64,000 nt of DNA, from the NCBI GenBank assembly GCA_017440965.1, contig JAFSGH010000005.1:11507-75506 (forward strand), written 5' to 3'. The notes under the pieces are model-generated. The model saw only the letters and a list, made by a program, of their open reading frames with translations. It made no database searches and had not been told where the DNA came from. Source of the stretch: Clostridia bacterium. Its GTDB lineage: Bacteria > Bacillota > Clostridia > Oscillospirales > Acutalibacteraceae. The position numbers and the translations under genes are program-made. This document shows positions 47,401-56,424 of this stretch, piece after piece (position 1 is the stretch's first letter; each line of letters opens with the position of its first letter).

Positions 47401-48369
47401 TTAATGCCATACTTCTATGACATTAGATTTTCCTTGTGATTCTGTGTCATCCACCATGCCAAGGCTCTGAAGAAGCTCCTTCGTTGCGTTATATCCCATT
47501 CGCTTCTGTCGGTTGTTCATAGCGGCACATTCAATTATGATAGCAAGATTTCGGCCGGGCTTAACGGGAACCGTTATAGCAGGGATATTGAGACCGAGTA
47601 TCTCCATATATTCCTCTTCAAGCCCCAGTCTGTCATAAACCTTGTTTTCATCCCAGAGCTCAAGATTGATAATAATATCGATCTTTTCCGTCATCTTTAC
47701 TGCGCCTATACCAAAGAGATTACGTGCATTTATAACGCCTACACCTCGAAGCTCCATAAAGTGTCTTATGTTTTCCGGTGCCGTGCCTACAAGACTTTTT
47801 GATGATACCCTTCTGATCTCAACGGCATCATCGGCAATAAGACGGTGTCCTCTGTTTATAAGCTCAATTGCCGTCTCACTTTTACCGACACCCGAATTAC
47901 CTACAATAAGTACACCTTCGCCGTAAACCTCAACGAAAACACCGTGGCGCGTTATTCTTTCCGCAAGCTCAACACCGAGGTAAGATATAAGTGTTGACAT
48001 ACAGCCTGAGGTTGAGTCCGCAGATTTGAGAACGGGAACCTCATGCTTTTTTGCCAGCTCCATAAATTCAGGCATAGGATCTATGCTTCTTGTACTGATT
48101 ACACAGCTTGGCTCATAAGAGAAGAAGTGCTCAAGGCACTCTGTTCTTTTTTTAGCAGTAAGACTGTTGATAAAACCGAATTCCGTAAGTCCGAAGAACT
48201 GTATACGGCTGGGATCAAAAAAATCGTGATATCCTGCAAGGATAAGTCCCGGACGGTTTACATCCTTTGATTTTACAAAAAGCTCATTGAGCTCTTTCGG
48301 TGCATACAGAACCTCAAGTGCATTGTATTTTACTAATTTCTGAAGAGAAACCGAATATTCTTCTGCCAT
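47401..48369 (-). CDS. hprK: HPr kinase/phosphorylase
   Basis: The Walker A GNSGVGKSE and the signature LIADDAVEI...LRGVG are present. Confidence 0.95.
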   Translation of the reverse strand: MAEEYSVSLQKLVKYNALEVLYAPKELNELFVKSKDVNRPGLILAGYHDFFDPSRIQFFGLTEFGFINSLTAKKRTECLEHFFSYEPSCVISTRSIDPMPEFMELAKKHEVPVLKSADSTSGCMSTLISYLGVELAERITRHGVFVEVYGEGVLIVGNSGVGKSETAIELINRGHRLIADDAVEIRRVSSKSLVGTAPENIRHFMELRGVGVINARNLFGIGAVKMTEKIDIIINLELWDENKVYDRLGLEEEYMEILGLNIPAITVPVKPGRNLAIIIECAAMNNRQKRMGYNATKELLQSLGMVDDTESQGKSNVIEVWH

Positions 48370-48384
48370 ATAAAGTTCCTCCGA

Positions 48385-49041
48385 TCATAATTTGTAGATA
48401 AGATTATTTTGTACTTCGTAATAATGCTTTGAGGGAACGGTAACCTTTGTACCGTTGGTAAGTGTTACAAAAACATCTGTATCTGTGTGATTGTTGATTA
48501 TTGCCGTTGAGTTTCTTGCTATTATTTTAGAAACGGAAGGATCGTTGATATTGAGTACGGCATTCTTTCCGATTATATAAATGCAATCAACTTCTGCATT
48601 TATATCAGCCGTTATATCTGTGCCGTTGATAATGATATTTTCTGTTTTTGCTTCGGCATTAAAGCCGTCAGATGCTCTTTCGAGAACTACCGTGCTGACA
48701 GCTGATGAAATAGTAACAGAGCCGACAGTTTTTATTGTAACGGTTTTTTCGATAGGTGCATCGTGTTTTATTATAATGTTTTCGGTTCCGTTATATGCAG
48801 CAGCAGATGTTTCCTGATTTGTAAGCACCTTGCTGAAGGCTTCTGATGTCGCAACACTTTTTGAATTTTCCGATACTGAAAGCTGTTCTTCTATCTTATC
48901 GTAGACTTCTTTGATGTTATCGGAATCGGCATCGCTTTTTATTGTAGCCTCTTCACCCTTCGTTGTAAAAAGAGAGTTGCAGCCGCTGAAGGAAAATAAT
49001 GAAAGGGCAACAAGAATAAATGCTGTGATTCTTTTTTTCAC
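48385..49041 (-). CDS. Lipoprotein of unknown function
   Basis: A GTG start at 49041 follows AGGAGG, giving VKKRITAFILVALSLFSFSGC with a lipobox. The ORF-track start at 49119 lacks an RBS. Confidence 0.6.
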   Translation of the reverse strand: MKKRITAFILVALSLFSFSGCNSLFTTKGEEATIKSDADSDNIKEVYDKIEEQLSVSENSKSVATSEAFSKVLTNQETSAAAYNGTENIIIKHDAPIEKTVTIKTVGSVTISSAVSTVVLERASDGFNAEAKTENIIINGTDITADINAEVDCIYIIGKNAVLNINDPSVSKIIARNSTAIINNHTDTDVFVTLTNGTKVTVPSKHYYEVQNNLIYKL

Positions 49042-49148
49042 GAAAATTCCTCCTGTATTAATGTATTTCGGAATCCGTTGAAAAGCTCCCGATAAGTTTA
49101 TAAAGCCGGAGATAAACACTCCGGCAAAAGTATGTATTCTTCAGATGA

Positions 49149-50228
49149 TCAGGCGGCTGTTGTTTCTTCAGCTGTTGCTGTTGTGTCCTCATCTGCTACT
49201 GTTGTTTCTTCAATTGCTGCTGTTGTTTCTTCAATTGCTGTTGTTTCCTCTGCAACAGTTGTTTCTTCTGCAGTAGCTTCCTCTGTGCCGGTTGTTTCTT
49301 CGGAATCCTCTGCTTCCTCTTCATATGTGAATTCATATGTCACTGTCTGAGTAAGATTGAATACAACCTCAAGTTTTCCGTATTCGCTGAGAGCGCCTAC
49401 GCCTTCAGCCTGTGCAGTAACTGTCATTTCCTTCTGGAATCTTACAAATGAGAGTCTTCCTGTTTCAAGATCGGCATCCGATGTGATGGTGCACTTGTTA
49501 TAATCAACCTCGTAATCGGAAACTGTGATGTAATCCTTTACATTTTCAAAATTCTTAAGAACATCTGCTTTATCCTTAAGAGTGCCGAAAACAGCTTCGA
49601 TTGTTGCATCTTCTGCAAAAACTACTGTTGTTTCTTCTTCGACCTCACCGTTTTCATTTGTCTCATACTCTGTTCCGTCAGCAGCTGTTACATCAAAGAA
49701 TTCAAATGTAAGATGTAAGCAATTGTCACTGATACGGTCTTCAGTTACAATATTGCCGTCTGCATCTGTTACCTCTGCACCTTCTGCATCGGTTACGTTC
49801 TCGGTAACCATGTTTCTTGAGAATGTATAATTAAGAACGAATGCCTCGTCAAGTGCATTGAGAAGGGGAGACGCATCCTTTTCAATAACGTTTGACTGAC
49901 TGCCGGGATTTGCAGACATAATGAAGTTTTTAAGCTGACCTGCAGCAGAATCAAGGATACCTGCTTCACTGCCGTCCTTGAGAACCTCGGGGGTGCCTGC
50001 GGAATAACCGATATTTTCCTTTATCTCAATTGCTTCTGCTTTTGATGCAGCGAGCATTTCGTTGAACTGAGTTATAAGCTTCTCTGCTTCGGGAGAATCG
50101 TGAATTACTATTTTATCTGCATTCATTGCATTTTCTCTCATAGCCTGAAAAATTGAGCATGAAGAGAAGGAAAGGACAAGAAGTGCTATTGATACGAAGG
50201 AAATAATTGTTTTTAATGTTTTTTTCAT
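49149..50228 (-). CDS. Lipoprotein of unknown function with an acidic EETT-repeat C-terminal tail
   Basis: The N-terminus MKKTLKTIISFVSIALLVLSFSSC carries a lipobox. The C-terminus reads EETTGTEEATAEETTVAEETTAIEETTAAIEETTVADEDTTATAEETTAA. Confidence 0.65.
   Translation of the reverse strand: MKKTLKTIISFVSIALLVLSFSSCSIFQAMRENAMNADKIVIHDSPEAEKLITQFNEMLAASKAEAIEIKENIGYSAGTPEVLKDGSEAGILDSAAGQLKNFIMSANPGSQSNVIEKDASPLLNALDEAFVLNYTFSRNMVTENVTDAEGAEVTDADGNIVTEDRISDNCLHLTFEFFDVTAADGTEYETNENGEVEEETTVVFAEDATIEAVFGTLKDKADVLKNFENVKDYITVSDYEVDYNKCTITSDADLETGRLSFVRFQKEMTVTAQAEGVGALSEYGKLEVVFNLTQTVTYEFTYEEEAEDSEETTGTEEATAEETTVAEETTAIEETTAAIEETTVADEDTTATAEETTAA
49152..49330. repeat. Imperfect short tandem repeats (GTTGTTTCTTC-containing units of about 18-24 nt) encoding the EETT tail
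   Basis: GTTGTTTCTTC(A/G) recurs at least 6 times between 49160 and 49300. Confidence 0.7.
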
Positions 50229-50322
50229 TATATTCTGCTCCTTTTAAATTATACATTAGTAAGTATAACAGATGCTGATCGGATTTGCAAGAAAAAAAGT
50301 GTGAATGAAAGAATAATATGAC

Positions 50323-50357
50323 AAAAAAAATTGCAGCAGATAATGAATCTGCTGCAA
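50323..50357 (-). terminator. Intrinsic terminator of the M28 peptidase gene
   Basis: TTGCAGCAGAT pairs with ATCTGCTGCAA, with a T8 run on the minus strand. Confidence 0.85.
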
Positions 50358-50362
50358 AAATA

Positions 50363-51616
50363 TTAATCGTAGCTTTCCTGTAAGCCTTTTTCATCAAAAA
50401 GGAAAACGGTTTCAAGAGCGATCTCAACCCCCTTTTCAATTGTCTTGAGGTTAAGTATATCTGCCTTATCGTCTCTTGTGTGATAATACTTGGGAGGTCC
50501 GGGGTTCATTGCGGCAAAGGTAGTTGCATGAATGCCTGCCTGTGTCATTGCCGCTGCATCGGAAGCACCTGCAAAAAGAAGAGCATAGGGAAGATTTACT
50601 CCTGCTAGCTCGCCGCCCTTCTTAAGAAGCGCACATGCCTTTCTGCAATGCTTTGTAAGTCCGGACATATCTCTGTGATAGATTGCCATATCATCATAAT
50701 CTGTAATTGTATCAAAGGCAATGAAAACAGTTTCAACCTCGGAATTTTTGAATTCGGGATGAAGCTTTGCTGCAGCCTTTGCACCTCTGAGACCTTCCTC
50801 TTCAGCACCTGAGAACATTGCAATGACCTCGGTGTTTTCAAAGCGGATGTTGTTATCTCCCATAAACTTAAGCACTGCGGCGCCTGTCATACAGCCTGTG
50901 AGATTGTCGTTTGCTCCGTCAACGCAGATTTTATAGTTCATAAAAATAACGAGACCGACATATCCGGGAATGAACGCACAGTCGATCCAGAGAAGAGCGG
51001 GAACGATCTCACCTGTAACGAGCATATATATTGTAGTTATAACAGTATATACAAGACCGACTGCAGGGTATACATAAGCGACATACATAAGAGGCGCACC
51101 GCCGATATGTGTAAAACGCCACTCGATTGACGAGTCTGAATGACCTGCAATAATAATTCTTCTTTTTGTTTCGCCTGCTGCTTTTCTGATGCAGTATGTA
51201 TTGTGAGATGTTACCTTTTTGAAGAACGGGTCAATGACCGGCTTATAAAAAAGGAACTCACCGAATATCATAATTGCAGTAAGTACACAGAAAACTGCGG
51301 CAACGATAGGTGCATAGAAAACCTCAGGGAAAAATGCATTTGAAATGCCCACAACAAGGGTTATCAGCATAAAGATTCCTGCAAGTCTCAGCCAACCGAG
51401 AAATGCTCTGTGGGAAACCTTGAATTCCTCCTGCTTTACCTCATCGGCTGCGTCGCCGACCTGATTTGCCATAAAATTCTGAGCATCAAGCTCAGCCTTT
51501 GTGCCTGCTTCTCTGGGACCGATTTCCTGGCAGACTTTTTTGATCGTCCTCGCGGCAAAATTTGCATACATGCGAAGACCTGATCTAAAATTCGGGATAC
51601 TCTCCGAAGCTCTCAT
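50363..51616 (-). CDS. Membrane-associated M28-family metallopeptidase (aminopeptidase-like)
   Basis: Internal TM segments accompany M28 zinc-ligand motifs (IIIAGHSDS, NDNLTGC, SGAEEEGLRGAKA). The start was taken at the Met28 codon of the ORF-track frame, after GGAGGA. Confidence 0.7.
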   Translation of the reverse strand: MRASESIPNFRSGLRMYANFAARTIKKVCQEIGPREAGTKAELDAQNFMANQVGDAADEVKQEEFKVSHRAFLGWLRLAGIFMLITLVVGISNAFFPEVFYAPIVAAVFCVLTAIMIFGEFLFYKPVIDPFFKKVTSHNTYCIRKAAGETKRRIIIAGHSDSSIEWRFTHIGGAPLMYVAYVYPAVGLVYTVITTIYMLVTGEIVPALLWIDCAFIPGYVGLVIFMNYKICVDGANDNLTGCMTGAAVLKFMGDNNIRFENTEVIAMFSGAEEEGLRGAKAAAKLHPEFKNSEVETVFIAFDTITDYDDMAIYHRDMSGLTKHCRKACALLKKGGELAGVNLPYALLFAGASDAAAMTQAGIHATTFAAMNPGPPKYYHTRDDKADILNLKTIEKGVEIALETVFLFDEKGLQESYD

Positions 51617-51973
51617 AGGGATATCTCCTCCAAAAATGTTTATAGGGAATTTTAACATATTTTCCGACACTTGTCGAGAATAAAACATACTAAACATAAT
51701 TTATTTTATTGTAAAAAATAAACAAAAAAATTATTTTTGTTGTTATTGTGCCGGATCAAGTTATTGCATTGAATTGCCTTCTTTTCTGAAAAAATGCTGT
51801 TTGTTGCATTAATCATGCCGTACGGATAAGCCTGTGAGCCTTTTGGTAACCTGTTATATAATAATAAAAGAAACGGCATTTTCCTTAGTGGAAAGCTACC
51901 GTTTCTCTTTTATTATTACGAGGAAGAAGCAATCAGCTCCTCGTAACAGGCGGTCTCTTAACTAAAAGACCGC

Positions 51974-52168
51974 TTACTTCATACCGTTTTCGTATGCTTC
52001 GATCATTTTCTTAACCATCTGACCGCCGACAGAACCTGCCTGACGGGATGTGAGGTCACCGTTGTAACCCTGCTTGAGGTTTACACCTACTTCTGAAGCA
52101 GCTTCCATCTTAAACTTGTTAAGAGCTTCTCTTGCTTCGGGTACAAGACTTGAATTACTACCCTTCAT
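51974..52168 (-). CDS. Alpha/beta-type small acid-soluble spore protein
   Basis: The 64-aa product carries the two conserved SASP blocks, KFKMEAASEVGV and LTSRQAGSVGGQMVKKMIE. Confidence 0.93.
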   Translation of the reverse strand: MKGSNSSLVPEAREALNKFKMEAASEVGVNLKQGYNGDLTSRQAGSVGGQMVKKMIEAYENGMK

Positions 52169-52485
52169 TATGCTTCACTCCTTTTGCAAATCTGTTTACT
52201 TGCATTTGCATTAGTATTATGCACACAATGAGTCCGTTTATTAAAAGGAAATTTCTGTATTTTTATCGGAAATTAAGGTGTGTTTTTTAACAGCCTGATA
52301 TTCTTCAGAAAATATCTGATTTTTCCCGTCGCTGTGTGCTGAGATTATTTTGTCGCATCTGCTTCAATATATAACAGGAAATTAAAGGAAATCAGAGTAG
52401 TTTATTTTTCTTTTATTGAAGGTATTACGCGCCTTAAAACAGTTATTATAAAAATGCTTTTCATTTTATAAAAAATGCTTATTCT

Positions 52486-53064
52486 TTATACTCCGTAAGA
52501 ATTTATTATTGCTTCGGCTATTGAAAGCTTTGATTTTCTTGATTCCATAGCTCTTCTTTCAATGTATTTGTGAGCCTGCTCCTCTGTCATTGAGAATGAG
52601 CCTATAAGTATCAGCTTTGCGCGGCTTATAACCTTCAGCTGAGTAATGGATGCATTTTCTTTTCCGTCAGTAGTCCTGAAGCTTCTCAGCTTTTTTGCCG
52701 TCGCAGTAAGAAGATTAAGCGACTGAGATAGCGTTTCTGCCGACGTGGGCTTTTGCAGAGTAAGTATTCCGGTATTTACAGTTTTAAGATTTACCTGCTC
52801 GTAAAAATCCTTAGATATAAGCATAAGCAGAGGATAATCCTTATCTACGGCACAGTTTATGGCAAAATCAAGGCCGAAGCCGTCAGACAGTGGAGTGTTG
52901 ACTATTACAGCCTGAATGCTGTGTGTCAGAAGAATTCTTTTTGCGTCTGAGGAGCTGTTGGCAAAATGTGCTTTTATTCCTGTCGTCTGAGGTATCAGAG
53001 TGAGCAGAGAATTATAGAATTTTATACCGCCGGATGCAACAAGAATGTTTATGCTGTTATCCAT
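52486..53064 (-). CDS. ANTAR-domain RNA-binding antiterminator with a degenerate (pseudo-)receiver domain
   Basis: The C-terminus AKLILIGSFSMTEEQAHKYIERRAMESRKSKLSIAEAIINSY is an ANTAR domain. In the N-terminal Rossmann-like domain the acidic pocket is lost (ILVASGG) and the phospho-Asp position reads VIVNTPLSDG. The start was taken at MDNSINIL after AGGAGGG. Confidence 0.75.
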   Translation of the reverse strand: MDNSINILVASGGIKFYNSLLTLIPQTTGIKAHFANSSSDAKRILLTHSIQAVIVNTPLSDGFGLDFAINCAVDKDYPLLMLISKDFYEQVNLKTVNTGILTLQKPTSAETLSQSLNLLTATAKKLRSFRTTDGKENASITQLKVISRAKLILIGSFSMTEEQAHKYIERRAMESRKSKLSIAEAIINSYGV

Positions 53065-53169
53065 CGCTCTGCCCTCCTGACGTTTTTTTTGCGGTTTTTC
53101 TTTACAATATGCCGTTATTGTTATATTATATACTAAAGTTGCAGAATTTTCCATAGCAATTTTTTGTTA

Positions 53170-53486
53170 TATAGGAAATTGCTCGCAATGTGAGCAATTT
53201 AGCTTATAACAAGAAACACCTACAGCCCCCAAGATTGGGGGCAGGGCGTTGACAAATAGTAAGATTTTTTCTTATTATATAGGAAATTGCTCGCGTTGTG
53301 AGCAATTTAGCTTATAACAAGAAACACCTACAGCCCCCAAGATTGGGGGTAGGGCGTTGACAAATAGTAAGATTTTTTCTTATTGTATAGGAAATTGCTC
53401 GCGTTGTGAGCAATTTAGCTTATAACAAGAAACACCTTTTCGCCCCAAAGATTGGGGGACGGAGGGTTGAAGCAGAATGCTTTTTA
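53170..53486 (+). repeat. Three tandem copies of a 108-bp unit (starts 53170, 53278 and 53386; the third copy has a diverged tail)
   Basis: The unit is TATAGGAAATTGCTCGC(A/G)(A/T)TGTGAGCAATTTAGCTTATAACAAGAAACACCTACAGCCCCCAAGATTGGGGG(C/T)AGGGCGTTGACAAATAGTAAGATTTTTTCTTAT. It contains a 25-bp palindrome, a C5/G5 hairpin, and TTGACA-18 nt-TATTAT/TATTGT promoter-like boxes at 53249-53278 and 53357-53386. Confidence 0.9.
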
Positions 53487-53501
53487 TACGGAGGTAGTCT
53501 T

Positions 53502-54938
53502 ATGCAGAATAAGCTTTCGTTTTATATTCTGACAGACACACATTATCTGTCAGAGGCAATGTGGGAAGAAGGGGAAAGCATAAATAACCGTGAAAAGGGC
53601 GATCAGATCGCAATAAAATGCACTCCCTATGTTTTAAGATCCTTCTTAAATAAGATAATTCAGGATAAGGAGACCCCCTATGTTATAATAACAGGGGACC
53701 TTATTAATAACGGTGACCGTCAGAGCCACGAGGATTTCAAAAAAGAGCTTAAGCTTCTTACAGATGCAGGCAAAACTGTTTTTGTTACCTGTGCAACGCA
53801 TGATTATGCAGGGCTTGGTGATGATGAAAATATTTTTCATCCCGTATACTATAAGAAGGACGGCTGTATTCCCGCTGAGCGGGTGTATAAGACAGAGCTT
53901 CCGTCTCTTTACTATGATTTCGGACATAAATATGCTGACAGCATAGATGAAGAGAGCGGCTCATATTCCGTTTCATTCCCCGGCGGATTCCGACTTATTG
54001 CAATTTATGACAACGGAAACGGCAGAAGCCATTGCGGCTTGTTCGATAACGGCTTTGCGTGGCTTGAGAATGAGCTGAAAAAGGCAAATGAAAATTCGGA
54101 AACGGTTTTTCTTGCCGTTCATCATCCCGTTATTCCTCCCTGGCAGGTCTATTGTGATGTTGCTGAATTTGAAATGTTCGGCGGATATAAAAGACTTCGG
54201 GAAATAATGTGTGAATACGGTGTAAGAGTAATATTTACCGGACATACGCACGTGCACGGTATCAAGGAATATAAGAACGGTAACGGCAGAAGCTTTTATG
54301 ATATAACCACAAGCGCTCTTCCCGCTGCAAAGGGAAGAATGAGAAAGGTAGTTTTTGATAAAACTGAAGGCAGCTGTACCGTTGAAAGCATCTCGATAGA
54401 TAGAATAGACGGTTATGATACGGGAGGACTTTCTGCAGAGGAATATATTTACCGTCTGAACTTCGGAGGACTTATAGAAAATAGTCTGCCGCTTGCAAAA
54501 ACAGACTATGAAGCTTTTATTGAAAATATTTCTCATGTGTTTAATCCTTCCGTTCTTAAAAAGCATCCTTTCGCGGCAAAAAGGCTTATATCTGTTTTTA
54601 ACAGACTCAGAATGAGTACCGTTGCCGCATTTGCGGGAAAATATGCCGATATAACAAAGGGAGATAAGCTGAGACTTAAAAATGTTTATGTGAAAACGGT
54701 TGCATGTTGTGTGCTCGCCCACGTGTTCTCGGGGGATGCTCCGTATTATCCCGATACTGCTGAATATAAAGTAATTTCAGGGGCAATAAACAAAGCCGTC
54801 AGGCTTGCAAAACGTTTTGGCTATGATATAGATGCCCTTGTTCCGGGTTCCCGCACGGCACTTGAAACGGCAAATGATTTTTTGTATAATACAAGAACGG
54901 GAAATGACAGTTATATAAAGTTTTTTTTGGAGGACTAA
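53502..54938 (+). CDS. Calcineurin-like metallophosphoesterase with a C-terminal extension
   Basis: The motifs ILTDTHY, ITGDLINNGD, AVHHP and GHTHVHG are present. The start was taken at ATG 53502, 8 nt after GGAGGT. The ORF-track start at 53406 lies inside the repeat. Confidence 0.8.
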   Translation: MQNKLSFYILTDTHYLSEAMWEEGESINNREKGDQIAIKCTPYVLRSFLNKIIQDKETPYVIITGDLINNGDRQSHEDFKKELKLLTDAGKTVFVTCATHDYAGLGDDENIFHPVYYKKDGCIPAERVYKTELPSLYYDFGHKYADSIDEESGSYSVSFPGGFRLIAIYDNGNGRSHCGLFDNGFAWLENELKKANENSETVFLAVHHPVIPPWQVYCDVAEFEMFGGYKRLREIMCEYGVRVIFTGHTHVHGIKEYKNGNGRSFYDITTSALPAAKGRMRKVVFDKTEGSCTVESISIDRIDGYDTGGLSAEEYIYRLNFGGLIENSLPLAKTDYEAFIENISHVFNPSVLKKHPFAAKRLISVFNRLRMSTVAAFAGKYADITKGDKLRLKNVYVKTVACCVLAHVFSGDAPYYPDTAEYKVISGAINKAVRLAKRFGYDIDALVPGSRTALETANDFLYNTRTGNDSYIKFFLED

Positions 54939-54941
54939 GAA

Positions 54942-55991
54942 ATGATCAAATTTGATTGCGATTATCTTGAGGGAGCACATCCCAGAATACTTGATGCTCT
55001 TGTAAGAACAAATTTTGAGCAGACTCCCGGTTATGCGGTGGATGATTATTGCAAAGAGGCAAGAGAGCTGATAAAGAAGGAGTGTAAAGCAGAAAATGCA
55101 GATGTGCATTTTATTGTGGGCGGAACCGGTACAAACGCTACTGTAATTGCAGCCTCCTTAAAGCCATATCAGGGAGTGGTGTGTGCTGTCAGCGGACATA
55201 TCAATGTGCACGAAAGCGGAGCTATAGAAGCAACGGGACATAAGGTTATCGGTCTTCCCTCTGATGACGGCAAGCTTGAAGCTGATATTCTTGAGGAATA
55301 TTGCAGAAAATATTGGGCAGACAGCACATATGAGCATATGGTTCAGCCGGGAATGCTTTATATATCACAGCCAACGGAAAACGGAACTCTTTATAAGGCT
55401 GAGGAATTAAAACGCCTCAGAGAAATATGCGACAATTATTCAATGCTTTTATATGTTGACGGAGCAAGAATGGGTTACGGACTTATGTCAGAGGGAAATG
55501 ATGTGACATTGCCGCTTCTTTCTGAACTTGCCGACGTGTTTTATATCGGCGGCACAAAGGTCGGTGCACTTTTCGGTGAGGCTCTTGTTATCGTCAATGA
55601 CAGTCTTAAAAAGGATTTCCGTTATATGCAGAAGCGTCACTGCGGAATGTTTGCCAAGGGCAGACTTCTGGGACTTCAGTTCAGAGAGATGTTTATTGAC
55701 GGACTTTATTATGAGATGGGTGCTCACGGCATAAAGAGTGCATACCGTGTGAGAGATGCATTCAGAAAAGCAGGCTTCCCGTTCCTTTATGAATCCTCAA
55801 CAAATCAGCAGTTCCCGGTGCTTCCCGATACAGTGCTTGATATCCTTTCTGAGAAGTTTTCCTGGGATTATTGGTGCAGAGTGGACGAAGAGCATTCCTG
55901 TGTTCGATTTTGCACATCGTGGGCAACAAAGGAGGAAAACATTGTTGCTCTTGAAGAGGCTCTCAGTGAGTTCTCAGCCAAGGAAGAATAA
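54942..55991 (+). CDS. Threonine aldolase / beta-eliminating-lyase family PLP enzyme
   Basis: The N-terminus FDCDYLEGAHPRILDAL, a GGTGTNA block and a GGTK Lys context are typical of low-specificity threonine aldolases. Confidence 0.7.
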   Translation: MIKFDCDYLEGAHPRILDALVRTNFEQTPGYAVDDYCKEARELIKKECKAENADVHFIVGGTGTNATVIAASLKPYQGVVCAVSGHINVHESGAIEATGHKVIGLPSDDGKLEADILEEYCRKYWADSTYEHMVQPGMLYISQPTENGTLYKAEELKRLREICDNYSMLLYVDGARMGYGLMSEGNDVTLPLLSELADVFYIGGTKVGALFGEALVIVNDSLKKDFRYMQKRHCGMFAKGRLLGLQFREMFIDGLYYEMGAHGIKSAYRVRDAFRKAGFPFLYESSTNQQFPVLPDTVLDILSEKFSWDYWCRVDEEHSCVRFCTSWATKEENIVALEEALSEFSAKEE

Positions 55992-56031
55992 TTTTATCAG
56001 CTTCATATTTGATCTTTCAGCTTTGGTTCAG

Positions 56032-56065
56032 ATGACACCTTTCATTGTGAAGGTGTCATTTTTTG
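56032..56065 (+). terminator. Intrinsic terminator after the aldolase gene
   Basis: ATGACACCT pairs with AGGTGTCAT, followed by a T6 run. Confidence 0.8.
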
Positions 56066-56069
56066 GTTT

Positions 56070-56333
56070 TTCACGGAAAGTTGGGGAATGATGTCGGCAC
56101 GGGAGTGCCGGGGAAAAGTTTTGCTTGAGCTTTTTCAAAAGCTCACGGTGTCAAGAGGCAGAGCCTCTTGTCGCACTCCGCAGAGTGCGAAAGCTCTCAA
56201 GCTTGCAATAGCGCAGGAGGGGAGAAAAACAGTCCGGTGGACTGTTTTTCGTTGGGAACCCTCGCCGGGGGTTCCCGAGTGCGAAGCACAAAATGATTAA
56301 AGTGAGTAATATGATTCACCAACTTTCCGTGAA
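56070..56333. mobile_element. MITE-like structured repeat, copy 2 (inverted relative to copy 1)
   Basis: The first 100 nt or so are identical to the reverse complement of 37350-37450. The centre is diverged, and the far TIR has one mismatch (ATTCACCAACTTTCCGTGAA). Confidence 0.7.
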
Positions 56334-56424
56334 GAACATTTTTTTTCGTGAAAATAAAAAAGGAAGACAACCCTTTGCAGGTGTGTCTTCCTTTTTCGTT
56401 TTTTGGGGATTTATTTTGTTTTGA

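Noticed and set aside
52169-52260. Sigma-G-type promoter upstream of the SASP gene
   Set aside because: One is expected on biological grounds. However, I could only find a weak GCATA...N18...(C)AAGTAA arrangement that does not match the GHATR/CATnnTA consensus well enough to annotate.
53170-53486. Possible CRISPR array
   Set aside because: The 108-bp units are directly adjacent with no unique spacers, the unit is far longer than a CRISPR repeat, and there are no cas genes in the window.
53406-53501. N-terminal 32-codon extension of the metallophosphoesterase ORF (MSNLAYNKKHLF...)
   Set aside because: The extension is encoded by the third tandem repeat unit and has no RBS. The internal ATG at 53502 has GGAGGT at ideal spacing, and the conserved ILTDTHY motif follows directly.
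37188-56333. Composite transposon or genomic island bounded by the two inverted elements
   Set aside because: The enclosed genes include core single-copy functions (hprK, murB, whiA, glucokinase, SASP). There is no transposase, integrase or tRNA attachment site, so this is more likely a chance pair of small repeats.
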